Shown: positions 18,797 through 28,046, counted from the stretch's first letter. The stretch is DNA of 64,000 bases from Acidobacteriota bacterium (GCA_036507075.1 DASXQR010000003.1:1-64000); one strand, 5' to 3'. Made by a program: numbers and translations. The notes: generated by a model from the letters alone, not told the origin.

Positions 18797-19200
18797 TTTT
18801 TGGCGACGGTTTCCTTTTCGAATCGCCGCTTCAAATAATCGACAATCGTCCGGGTCGTGATCAGACGGGGAAGATCACCTTTTGAGATTCCATTCGGAAA
18901 CCGCTCCCATCGAAAATCGTTCATGCGCCGCTTCAGCAGCTCCATGCCTTCCGCGGTGATCCCTTGTTCGGAAATGAGCTCTGTGCCCTCGGCATACAGG
19001 GTGCCCTCCCAGAGCTCCTCATCGGTGACCTTGATCTTAAACTCGGTTTCAATGCGAAAACGGATGTCCAGAAAGTCGATCGATTCTGCGCCCAGGTCAT
19101 CGATAAGGGAATGACCCGGCTGGATCTCGGATGGATTTCTGTCGAGCGCCGCCGCCACAACGCTGACTACGCGCTGTTGCAGGTTTTCAGCATCCATCAT
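18775..19200 (-). CDS. Extended acyl carrier protein (141 aa)
   Basis: DDLGAESIDFLDI phosphopantetheine motif; long insertion before the final helix (TTRTIVDYL). Confidence 0.88.
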   Translation of the reverse strand: MMDAENLQQRVVSVVAAALDRNPSEIQPGHSLIDDLGAESIDFLDIRFRIETEFKIKVTDEELWEGTLYAEGTELISEQGITAEGMELLKRRMNDFRWERFPNGISKGDLPRLITTRTIVDYLKRRFEKETVAKKCSAEEL

Positions 19201-19215
19201 GAGCCGGATTGATGA

Positions 19216-20412
19216 TCAATTCACCGAGACCGCAACCGCCGCCGCCTGCCCCAAATATCCAAGAGAATTACATACGGCGCGCGCCGGTTTGCCGATTGCG
19301 TGTAAATGTTTTAGCAGCAGCGCGAGGTCCACTGCGCCGGAAGCCGCCAGAGTATGGCCCACCGCCGATTTGTACTCAACCAGAGGCAGAGTGCCGGCCC
19401 GGCTGTGAAAGGCCTTCTCCAATGCCGCCCTTTCTGCGTTCCGATGACGCTCGGAAAAAACCGAGGCGCAGCAGATCGCATCCAAATTTGCGGCATGCCA
19501 GCCGGCCTGTTGCAGCACATCCTCCAGCGCCGCTTCCAATGCGCTTCCAGGCTCTGGAGAATTCACGGGAAAACTTGCGCACGAATAGCCGTTCAGCTCC
19601 GCATAAATCCGGCCGCCGCGCTCTAAGGCGCGATCCCGCTCTTCCAGCAAGAGTACGGCGGCACCCTCGCCGATGGTGAATGGTGGAAGGTCGGCGCTCC
19701 CATCAAACAAGCCGGCCTGCTGGCAGCTTGCAAACGCCAGGGCGTACACACTGCTGTCTGCGCCTCCGGCCAGCATCAGATCGGCTTCGCCGGCCTCAAT
19801 TAACGCCGCCGCTTCTCCCACGGCCTGAGCCGCAGCAATCCAGTCAGTCATGATCGTGCTGTTGGGCCCGTGAGCTCCAATCTGAATGGCGATATGGGTG
19901 CTGACCATGTTTGGGAGATTTATCAGCAGCCAGAGCGGGTTGATGCCGGAAAGAACTTTCGAGGCGAAGAACGAAACGTCAAATGCGGAGCGCAGTTCGG
20001 GATCTTCGCCGATGGCGCGCGCCATGTCCTTCACATCCAGATCCGAAGCACCGGTGCCCATCAATACTCCCAGAGATTCAGAATGTGTAGAGCTTTCCGC
20101 GCGGAAGGTTCGATCCAGTGGTTGATTGTTGATGCCCAGGCCTGCATCGTCGAGGGCCATAGTCGCAGCGGCGACGGCCAACCGGGTCTTCCTGTCGGCA
20201 ATCTTAATAAGCTTGGTGAAGCGAAAGTAATTTCGCGGCTCAAAGTTTTTCACTTCGGCCGCCGACCGCTGTCTGAAACCGGAAGCGTCAAACAGCTTCG
20301 TTCTGGAAATTCCGCTCCTACCCTGCCGAATTGCTTCCCAGCAGCTGTTTAAGTCATTGCCAAGCGCGGTAAGCAATCCAATACCCGTGACTGCCACGCG
20401 GCGCGAACTCAT
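19216..20412 (-). CDS. Ketosynthase homologue lacking the catalytic Cys and first His (chain-length-factor-like)
   Basis: RRVAVTGIG, GEGAAVLLLEE; TAC replaced by TDW, NAHGT replaced by CCASV; KSAVGH retained. Confidence 0.85.
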   Translation of the reverse strand: MSSRRVAVTGIGLLTALGNDLNSCWEAIRQGRSGISRTKLFDASGFRQRSAAEVKNFEPRNYFRFTKLIKIADRKTRLAVAAATMALDDAGLGINNQPLDRTFRAESSTHSESLGVLMGTGASDLDVKDMARAIGEDPELRSAFDVSFFASKVLSGINPLWLLINLPNMVSTHIAIQIGAHGPNSTIMTDWIAAAQAVGEAAALIEAGEADLMLAGGADSSVYALAFASCQQAGLFDGSADLPPFTIGEGAAVLLLEERDRALERGGRIYAELNGYSCASFPVNSPEPGSALEAALEDVLQQAGWHAANLDAICCASVFSERHRNAERAALEKAFHSRAGTLPLVEYKSAVGHTLAASGAVDLALLLKHLHAIGKPARAVCNSLGYLGQAAAVAVSVN

Positions 20413-20413
20413 C

Positions 20414-21478
20414 TCATTCTTTGCCGGCCTCATCCCTTCGCTGCAGCCGCGCGATGATCTCTTCCAGCCGGGCACAGCGGTTCTGCAGGTCGCGAATTTC
20501 TTTCCGTTGCTCGGGGAGCCTCGCAAACAGCACCAGGGCAGGGCGGGCCTTGTCTGCCGCAATGGCGGGGGTTCCCAGCCATTCGCCCGCTTCCAGGCTG
20601 TGGATTACTCCTGACTGCGCGCCTATCACTACTCCGTCTGCGAGTCTGACGTGATCACTGATCCCGGCCTGGCCGGCCAGGATGCACGAGTTTCCGATCT
20701 GGACGCTCCCGGAAATCCCAACCTGAGAGATGATGACGCAGTCCTGGCCAATCTCGCTGTTGTGTCCGATCTGCACCAGGTTGTCGATTTTGGTGCCGGC
20801 GGCGATACTGGTGACGCCAAGAGTAGCGCGGTCAATGGCGCAGTTGGCGCCAATCTCCACATCGTCTCCGATCTCGACCCCTCCCACCTGAGGAATCTTT
20901 TTGTACTTTCCATCGGAGCGGCGGGCGTAGCCGAAGCCGTCGCTGCCCACCACCGTTCCGCTGTGAATGCGCACATTACGGCCGATGCGGGTTCCCGAGT
21001 AAAGCGTGACGTTGGGGAGAATTACCGTGTGATCGCCGATGCTGACTCCTTCACCCACGAAGACATTGGGAAAGATTTCCACGTCGGCCCCGATGAGCGC
21101 GTCCTTTTCGATGTAGGCTCCCGCGGCGACTGCTACACCGGGCCCGAGCCTGGCTTGGGGCGAGATAACGGCGCGTGGATCGATGCCCACTTCGCGTCTG
21201 TGCGGTGGATAAAACAATTCGAGCAATTGAATGAGCGCCAGCCTGGGATCACTAACGTGTATGAGATTCCTGCTATTGTTTCCGGTTCCCATCGGGACGA
21301 TGAACGCAGACGCGTTACTTTTGGCGAGCGCTTCTGCGCCCCGGGAATCCATCACCACGCTGATTTCCCCTTCGCGCGCGTCTTCCAGCGTCCTGACGCT
21401 GTGGATTTCCACTCCGGGATTTCCGAGTAGTTCCCCCTGCAGCCGGGTAGCGATGGTTTCAAGAGTGTAGCTGGACAT
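20414..21478 (-). CDS. lpxD: UDP-3-O-acylglucosamine N-acyltransferase, accessory paralogue
   Basis: GSDGFGY, KIPQVG, EIGAN..IDR, KIDNLVQIGHN. Confidence 0.94.
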   Translation of the reverse strand: MSSYTLETIATRLQGELLGNPGVEIHSVRTLEDAREGEISVVMDSRGAEALAKSNASAFIVPMGTGNNSRNLIHVSDPRLALIQLLELFYPPHRREVGIDPRAVISPQARLGPGVAVAAGAYIEKDALIGADVEIFPNVFVGEGVSIGDHTVILPNVTLYSGTRIGRNVRIHSGTVVGSDGFGYARRSDGKYKKIPQVGGVEIGDDVEIGANCAIDRATLGVTSIAAGTKIDNLVQIGHNSEIGQDCVIISQVGISGSVQIGNSCILAGQAGISDHVRLADGVVIGAQSGVIHSLEAGEWLGTPAIAADKARPALVLFARLPEQRKEIRDLQNRCARLEEIIARLQRRDEAGKE

Positions 21479-21479
21479 A

Positions 21480-22745
21480 TCAACGCCGCCCGTACACTTC
21501 AGTTGCGCTCTTGCTGTCCATATTTGATTCCTGCTGATGCGCCGCCGCCGGCCTTTGAGAAGTCTGTTTCAATACCAGCGACGCGGCCGCGCCAAGAGGA
21601 TCCTTTGCCGCCAGCAGGTCGGCTATCGAAGCGAGGCGCGTCGTAGTGCGGGCGAGATGGGTCCGATCCGACAACATGGACCAGGCAAGCTGTGCCGATT
21701 CGCGAGCGGTGGCGCGGGTCTGTCGCAGCTCCGGGACACATGTTTCGCGCAGAATAAGGTTTGGTAATCCGACTGTCTTGGACTGAAGAAGACCACACCA
21801 CAAAGCGATATTGGCGACCATCAATGTAACGGTGGAGACACGGTACAGTACGATCATTGGAACGCCCAGCAGAGCTGCTTCCAGCGACGCGGTGCCGGAG
21901 GCCAGCAGCGCCAGGTCACAAGCTCTCAACGCATCATGACTGTTCAGCGTGAGGATAACATTCTCCGACAGAGAGTGCCTTTGGATTTCTCTTTCAATAA
22001 AGCTTTGGAAGCAGGGCTCAGCCACCGGCAGCACGAACCTGAGGGAAGGATCTCTCGCCAATATCAGCCGGGCCGAATCGAGTAATGTTCCAGTCAGCCG
22101 CATCACTTCCTTGTTCCGGCTCCCGGGAAGAAGCGCTATTACGGTGGTTGTGGCATTGAGAGCGTGCAGGCGACGCGCCGCCGCTTTCTCCTGCGGGGTT
22201 GCGGGAGCGAGGACGTCGCACAGATAGTGCCCCACAAAGTGCGTCGACCCTCCCGCCGCCCGGTACACTTCCTGTTCCTCGGGAAATGATGTCAGAATCA
22301 GGTCGAAACTGCCGCAGATCAGGCGAGCCAGCGAACGCCACATCCAGATCTGTGGAGGAAAGAACGCCACAGTTGACACTTTTTGAAGCCTGAGCCACCG
22401 CGCCAGAAAGAAATTGAAGACGTCATTCCCGATCAACACGGCGACGTCGGGTCTCCTTTTTCGCACCTCACGACGGAGTCGCAGGAACCCCTGCAGCAGT
22501 CGGGGGAAAGTGACAAGCGCTTCGCTGATTCCCACAGTGCCGAGCCCGTTGGTGTCCAGATGCACGTGGACGCCCGCTTCGCGCATCCGGTGTCCTCCTA
22601 GCCCATGGAAGACGGCGGGATGACTGCACCGGATGGCGGACACAAGCCGTGCCCCTGCGATATCGCCCGAAACTTCTCCGGCGCTGATCAGTATTCTGAC
22701 CGGTCTCTCTGAAGAGCTGTCAGTCTGCGGGTCTTCAGTCGGCAT
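21480..22745 (-). CDS. lpxB: Lipid-A-disaccharide synthase
   Basis: SAGEVSGD, PPQIWMWR, FVGH, LLPGSR..E, ASGTASLEAAL..PM. Confidence 0.9.
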   Translation of the reverse strand: MPTEDPQTDSSSERPVRILISAGEVSGDIAGARLVSAIRCSHPAVFHGLGGHRMREAGVHVHLDTNGLGTVGISEALVTFPRLLQGFLRLRREVRKRRPDVAVLIGNDVFNFFLARWLRLQKVSTVAFFPPQIWMWRSLARLICGSFDLILTSFPEEQEVYRAAGGSTHFVGHYLCDVLAPATPQEKAAARRLHALNATTTVIALLPGSRNKEVMRLTGTLLDSARLILARDPSLRFVLPVAEPCFQSFIEREIQRHSLSENVILTLNSHDALRACDLALLASGTASLEAALLGVPMIVLYRVSTVTLMVANIALWCGLLQSKTVGLPNLILRETCVPELRQTRATARESAQLAWSMLSDRTHLARTTTRLASIADLLAAKDPLGAAASLVLKQTSQRPAAAHQQESNMDSKSATEVYGRR

Positions 22746-24609
22746 GAAAGTTGTCCAGCCTGCGTTTCATTTCCACAACACGGTCGGTCGATACGGAACT
22801 CGCTTCGGTTGGGCGGTCGCCGCTCCCGGAAGACGAGACGTCGACGATCTCACCGTCGGCCATAAGCACCACCAGATCGGCTTCAAACAACGAACTCTGC
22901 TGGTGCGAAGTAATAAAAATCGTCCGTTCCCCGCGCAACCGATTCAAAGCCTGTCGGATTTTGATCTGAGAATCAGAATCGACCTGGCTCGTCGCTTCGT
23001 CAAGGATAAGTATTGACGGATTCCTGAGGATTGCCCGCGCAACCGCGATGCGCTGCTTTTGGCCCGCTGAAAGACCCGCGCCGAATTCTCCCAGTTCGGT
23101 TTCGTAACCCTGCGGGAGCCCGCGAATGAAGTCGTCGGCATAGGCAGCGCGTGCCGCCTCGACGATCTTGGCGCGCGAAATATCGCGAAGCCCATAAGCG
23201 ATGTTGCCGGCAATGGTGGTCTGGAAGAGGGCGTTTTCCTGCGGAACGAGCGCAATTTGCCGGCGCAGGCTGCGCAAATCGACGCTTGCGATGTTGATGC
23301 CATCGATCAACACGCGTCCGGTATCCGGGTTCAGCAGTCGTGGAAGCATGCTCAGCAGCGTTGTTTTTCCCGCGCCATTACTTCCCACCAGGGCGACCAT
23401 CATTCCACGGAATACCTGAAGGTTGACGTCGCGTAGAGCCTGCCGGCTGCGGCCGGAGTAGCAGAAGGTGAGTGATTGGATCTGAATCTCGCGCCGGTGG
23501 CGGGACAATGGCGGTCTTTTCGGCTGCGATTGAATATCGTCTTCGTGTTCCGGCGGGAGACAACTGACCTCGATCACGCGGGCTGCAGCCGCGTCCGATT
23601 CTGCCAGCTCCTGCGAGAGTCGTGTGAGCGGCTTCAAGCTTTGCGCCGCGGCCATCAGCGCCGCCACAACCGTGACGAAACGCGCCGGTTCCACGCCTCT
23701 GCGAAGAATAAACCAGCCGGCAATAACTGTCAGCGCCGCGATGCAGCATAAAGCGATGGCTTCAACGGCAAACGATCCCAGAGCCTTGGCGTTGCCGATG
23801 CTTCGCTCTTCCCGGAACACGTCATTGTTGATCTTCGCAAAGCGGCGCTGTTCTTCCTGCTCGGCGTTATGCAGCTTTACCACGTGGATTCCAAGCAGCG
23901 AATGTTGAAGAGCTGAGACCAGCCGGGACCAGTGCCGGCGGGCGCTTTGCGAAGAGCGCCGGATCGAGATATTGGCCCGGTTCATCGAGGCGAAGATCAG
24001 AGGTGTGACCAGCAGCGCAACGCCGGCGATCCTCCAGTCCACCGCCAGAGCCACGCCGGCCGCAGCCACTCCTTTTAAAAGCTCCAATACCGGAGCTCCC
24101 GCGACCGCTTTGAAGCCGGTAAAGAGGACGCTGGTGTCGGAAACGAGGCGGCTGAGATTGTCCGCAGCGCCCAGACCTTTGACCGTTGCCAGCGGAGCAA
24201 GCATCAGTCGAGACGCGATCCGTTCGCGCCAAATCTTCACGCCGAGCGACACGACGTAAACGGCGCGCCGCTCGTGCAGATACCTGCAGCAACTTCCCAG
24301 CGTACCGGCGATTGCGATGACTGCCATCAGATTCACAAACCTTCGAAATGGATCGCTCTCATTGGGCAGCAGGCGCGCCGTAAAAGGCTGCAGAAACAAT
24401 GCGACTTTCTCAGCTCCGGGGGCCCTTGAAGGCAGGCGCGAAGCTGCTCCCCCGAGCAGAAGCTGCAGCGCCGGGTATGCCAGGCCCAGGCAGATTCCGA
24501 AGAGCGCGGCGGCCGCGAGCGCGGCCAGTGACGCCACCACCAGTTCGCGCCTGAAGCGAAGCATTACGGCGGCGGCTCGCCAAAAATTGGGATAAAAACG
24601 GGATCTCAT
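22735..24609 (-). CDS. MsbA-like ABC exporter (TMD plus NBD)
   Basis: Walker A GSNGAGKT, signature LSAGQKQR, ILILDEATS; ATGA coupling at 24609. Confidence 0.88.
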   Translation of the reverse strand: MRSRFYPNFWRAAAVMLRFRRELVVASLAALAAAALFGICLGLAYPALQLLLGGAASRLPSRAPGAEKVALFLQPFTARLLPNESDPFRRFVNLMAVIAIAGTLGSCCRYLHERRAVYVVSLGVKIWRERIASRLMLAPLATVKGLGAADNLSRLVSDTSVLFTGFKAVAGAPVLELLKGVAAAGVALAVDWRIAGVALLVTPLIFASMNRANISIRRSSQSARRHWSRLVSALQHSLLGIHVVKLHNAEQEEQRRFAKINNDVFREERSIGNAKALGSFAVEAIALCCIAALTVIAGWFILRRGVEPARFVTVVAALMAAAQSLKPLTRLSQELAESDAAAARVIEVSCLPPEHEDDIQSQPKRPPLSRHRREIQIQSLTFCYSGRSRQALRDVNLQVFRGMMVALVGSNGAGKTTLLSMLPRLLNPDTGRVLIDGINIASVDLRSLRRQIALVPQENALFQTTIAGNIAYGLRDISRAKIVEAARAAYADDFIRGLPQGYETELGEFGAGLSAGQKQRIAVARAILRNPSILILDEATSQVDSDSQIKIRQALNRLRGERTIFITSHQQSSLFEADLVVLMADGEIVDVSSSGSGDRPTEASSVSTDRVVEMKRRLDNFHAD

Positions 24610-25091
24610 CGGGATGGCGTCGGTTTCGACTTGTCGCGCAGCGCTTTCCATCCGTTAAAAAGAGACAGCACTACACGCTGCCAATGCCCCAGGGTAGCGA
24701 GCAGCAAACGCGCGGCCTCCCTCCGATCGCGGAAAACATTTGCGACGATGGCGCGATTTTTCTTGAAGTTGTTCCGCAGTTGAATACATTGATCCAGCAG
24801 AAAGCGCCGCGGGGTCCAGACTTCCACCAGGATGGCAGGAGCTCCAAAACTTCGGTAAGCGTTGAAGCGCTTGTGACCGTCGGCGATAATCCACCGTCCT
24901 CCCAGGGGAATGACAGAGACAGGCGGGAAAAGGTCTCCTCGAAGCATGCTCCGGCGGTACTGATCGATCCGTCCAGCAGCATGGGTTACTTCGAGCAGAT
25001 CCTGCACTTGATCCAGGGAAACTATCCGCGTCGGATACTCCGCAAGCGAAGGATCAAAGACGGGCAGATGGGTTTGGTGACCGGAGCTCAT
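24606..25091 (-). CDS. Small ParB/Sulfiredoxin-like domain protein
   Basis: FPPVSV..IIADGHKRFNAY motif; no HTH region; ATGA coupling on both sides. Confidence 0.72.
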   Translation of the reverse strand: MSSGHQTHLPVFDPSLAEYPTRIVSLDQVQDLLEVTHAAGRIDQYRRSMLRGDLFPPVSVIPLGGRWIIADGHKRFNAYRSFGAPAILVEVWTPRRFLLDQCIQLRNNFKKNRAIVANVFRDRREAARLLLATLGHWQRVVLSLFNGWKALRDKSKPTPSR

Positions 25092-25915
25092 GTGAGCCTC
25101 TGCCGATTTCGGTTCGGCAGCGATAGTGCCATACCCAGGAAAGTCAGCGCTGGAATGGCCAGGGTGGATACGATCCGAGCGGAGGCCGCATCCAACGCCG
25201 GCGTTCTGGCATAAATCGAGCTTAAGACGAGCGCTGCGGGCGCCAGCAGCAGCCATGCGGCGGCAAGACAGGATTCACCTGCGGGTGAAATGTTGCGCAA
25301 AACCGCATAGAGCCTTGCCGCCACCAGCGCGGAAACCGCCATCAACAGAATCACGACAAATCGCGATATGGAATCCGGCAGCAGGCAAGTGACTCCCGCG
25401 CCGACAAGGCAAGCCACGGTCGCAGATTGGAGACCGCGGTGAGATGTCGCGGCATCCCGCCCTTTGATCAGCAGCAGCGCCGCGGCGGAGCCGAGCAGGA
25501 CCGACTTTACCGCAAAGGAATAACGCGCGAACCAGGCCAGTCCGGCCTGTGATGCCTGCATGCGCCAAATAACGATCAGAAATGCGGCGTCGACTGCCGC
25601 TGGAAGCCAAAGCCATGGGCTTCGGAGCAGAGTCTTGTCCAGCAAACTTGAAACCGAGGCCAGCAGCCGGCCGAGGAAGAAAACCATGACGGTCTGAAAG
25701 AGAGGTATCACGAGAATGAAGACCCAGGTCGGAGCGTTGAATTCAATGAATCCTGAAACCAGATAACTGATGGAAAAAGAAGCCGCAATAAAAACCACGA
25801 GAAGGACTGCCAGAATTTTTGGAAAACCGGAGGGTGAGACGGAAAACACGGATTGATGTGTGCTTTTCAAGACTGCCAAGTTGAGGCGGCCCTCAGGCCG
25901 TCTCTCCACTTCCAA
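25088..25915 (-). CDS. Multi-pass membrane protein of unknown function
   Basis: About 7-8 hydrophobic segments; tightly coupled within the operon. Confidence 0.7.
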   Translation of the reverse strand: MEVERRPEGRLNLAVLKSTHQSVFSVSPSGFPKILAVLLVVFIAASFSISYLVSGFIEFNAPTWVFILVIPLFQTVMVFFLGRLLASVSSLLDKTLLRSPWLWLPAAVDAAFLIVIWRMQASQAGLAWFARYSFAVKSVLLGSAAALLLIKGRDAATSHRGLQSATVACLVGAGVTCLLPDSISRFVVILLMAVSALVAARLYAVLRNISPAGESCLAAAWLLLAPAALVLSSIYARTPALDAASARIVSTLAIPALTFLGMALSLPNRNRQRLT

Positions 25916-25922
25916 AAGATGC

Positions 25923-26978
25923 TCAGGCGCGTATCGCCTGCTGCGCCGCAGAGCGTATCGACATTACCGTCTGAGTGACCGCACACGGGTAGAGCAGTTT
26001 CATGCAGCCGCGACTGCAATGGGGCATTCGGCATTGTCCACAGCCGGGAGCGGTAATCACTTCGGCTCTGCCGGGAGGCCAGGGTCCTGTTCTGAGCGGA
26101 TCCGTGGGCCCATAGAGCGCCACCAGAGGTGTTCGGGTCGCCGCCGCGATGTGCAAAGGCCCGGTGTCACCGCTGACCACCAGCACCGACAAATCGAGGA
26201 GATGATACAACTCGCGCAGACTTAAAGAACCAAATGCGGAAAAAACACCGGCAGCATCCTCCAGCAACGAAGTTATTCGCGTTCCAAGAGCGGCTTCCGC
26301 TCGAGAGCCGGCAAGCACGACATCGAGCTTTTCCATTCGGAGCCACTGAGAAAGCTCTGCCCAATGCCGGGCCGGCCAGCGTTTTGAGGGCCAGGTGCCT
26401 CCCGGCAGCAATACGGCAAAATCCCGGCGGATTCCAAGTTCGCTCAAAAAGTTTTCCACTCGCGCTCGATCGGCGGCGACCGCCGGCAGGGTTAACGCGG
26501 GCCGTTCAGGGACGGGAACATTAAGCAACTCCAAAGCTTCCAGATTTGTCTCGACTGCGTGCCGCTGAATATGACGGCTGTGTGGAATCGTCCGAGCTAA
26601 CAGCGGAAAGCTTCCCCGGCCGATCTTGATCCGTGCGCGGGCCAGCTTTAACACAAGATAGCTGCGACCGCGACCTTGAAGATCTATCGCCACATCGAAG
26701 CGTTCGCGCCGCAGGTTTCCGAAGAGCCGCGCCGCTTTGGGCAACACTTGAAATGGATCGAAGGTTACGAAGCGGAATGGGTCGCGCGGAAAGAGAAGAA
26801 GTTGATCGATGTCGGGGTGGCCGCGGAGCAGTGGTGCGATGCCTTCATCAACAGCCCAGACGATGCGCGCTCCGGTATGCCGCTTCAGCTGGCGCACAGC
26901 GGGCGTTGCCATGACGACGTCACCCACTGAAGAGAGCTTGATTATGAGAACGGAAGGACGGGTCACGCCCGATATCAA
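25923..26978 (-). CDS. GT9 heptosyltransferase-like (WaaC/WaaF family)
   Basis: IIKLSSVGDVVMATP, AIDLQG, SKRWP, DTGPLHIAAA, LYGPT. Confidence 0.9.
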   Translation of the reverse strand: MISGVTRPSVLIIKLSSVGDVVMATPAVRQLKRHTGARIVWAVDEGIAPLLRGHPDIDQLLLFPRDPFRFVTFDPFQVLPKAARLFGNLRRERFDVAIDLQGRGRSYLVLKLARARIKIGRGSFPLLARTIPHSRHIQRHAVETNLEALELLNVPVPERPALTLPAVAADRARVENFLSELGIRRDFAVLLPGGTWPSKRWPARHWAELSQWLRMEKLDVVLAGSRAEAALGTRITSLLEDAAGVFSAFGSLSLRELYHLLDLSVLVVSGDTGPLHIAAATRTPLVALYGPTDPLRTGPWPPGRAEVITAPGCGQCRMPHCSRGCMKLLYPCAVTQTVMSIRSAAQQAIRA

Positions 26979-27206
26979 TCAGCGTAGTTCTGGTTAAGTC
27001 GGTGGCTGGTTCTTCGGGCGGGTATGCTTCGCCCCTGTCACTTACAGTCTCCACATACCACGGTGAGGCCGTTTGTCGTGTTCTCTGCAGCGTCGAAAAT
27101 CTCCGATGCGGCGTCCTTGTCACTTTATCGCCACATCAGTAACTCTTTTTGGCCGTTGCTCTTTTTTGGGTCAAAGCTTACGTTAAAAGTGGAAGAGCGG
27201 AAAGCC

Positions 27207-27461
27207 AAAAGTCTGAACATCAAGTCTGAAGACTCGGCGAAACCTCAGCGATCTTTGCGCCTCTGCGGTGAATTCCGACGTCTTTCACCGCAGAGCCGCA
27301 GAACACGCTGAGTTTACGCCGAGAAGTCCGCTTGTATAAAAGGCGAAACTGACCCACTACCGACTTTTTTCCAACATTGCATTTGATCCCGTAGCTCACT
27401 AAATTATTAACTTTTTGGAACTCTTTCGACTTTTAGGTCTTCGACTTTCAGACCTTTCGAG
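27207..27461. repeat. 8-mer arms (AAGTCTGA / TTCGACTT-TCAGAC) around a 9-mer-family hairpin (27233-27323)
   Basis: CTCTGCGGTGAA ... TTCACCGCAGAG inverted pair; degenerate flanking arrays. Confidence 0.65.
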
Positions 27462-27479
27462 TTTAAGGCACTCAAGCGT

Positions 27480-28046
27480 ATGCAGTTGCAGATGACCTCG
27501 GCCAATCAGATCACCATTCTCAGGATGGCGATGATCCCGCTTTTTCTGGTGCTGATTGTTTATCGCTATTTCACCTGGGGATTTGTCGTGTTCGTGGTTG
27601 CCGGCATATCCGACGCGCTCGACGGGTTGATCGCCAGAAGATTCGGCCAGAAGACCGCCTTGGGAGCGTTTCTTGATCCACTGGCCGACAAATTGCTCCT
27701 CAGCTCCGCTTTCGTAATCCTCTCGTTTGATACCCTCGGGCTGTTTGTACGAATTCCTCTCTGGTTCACGATCGCTGCCATCAGCCGGGACGTCGTAATC
27801 GTGCTGACGGTCTTGGCCGTAAATTTGACCGGGGGACGCCGGGTCTTTCCGCCCACCATATTGGGAAAGCTGACCACTTTCGTGCAGCTGGTAGTTGTTT
27901 TGGCGGCTCTGGTCGGCAATGTGGTGCAGTATGCGCCTCCTTATTATGAGCCACTACTGGCGGCGGCACTTGGGGTCACCGTGGCGTCTGCGATACACTA
28001 CCTCGTGCGTACCATGAAGACGCTGAATCAGAGTAATGAGGAGTAG
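27480..28046 (+). CDS. CDP-alcohol phosphatidyltransferase (PgsA-like)
   Basis: ANQITILR, SDALDGLIARR..QKT.LGAFLDPLADK. Confidence 0.9.
   Translation: MQLQMTSANQITILRMAMIPLFLVLIVYRYFTWGFVVFVVAGISDALDGLIARRFGQKTALGAFLDPLADKLLLSSAFVILSFDTLGLFVRIPLWFTIAAISRDVVIVLTVLAVNLTGGRRVFPPTILGKLTTFVQLVVVLAALVGNVVQYAPPYYEPLLAAALGVTVASAIHYLVRTMKTLNQSNEE

Noticed and set aside
17513..20412. Aromatic type II PKS or aryl-polyene cluster
   Set aside because: No cyclases, dehydratase pair or aryl-loading ligase; an enoyl reductase-like gene is present and the context is lipid A biosynthesis.
24606..25091. Partitioning ParB or sign of a plasmid/prophage
   Set aside because: No parA, no HTH or dimerisation domain, and no replication or phage genes nearby.
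27347..27361. AAACTGACCCACTACC-like motif as a MITE terminus
   Set aside because: It resembles an IS/MITE end from memory, but no convincing inverted partner is present in the gap.
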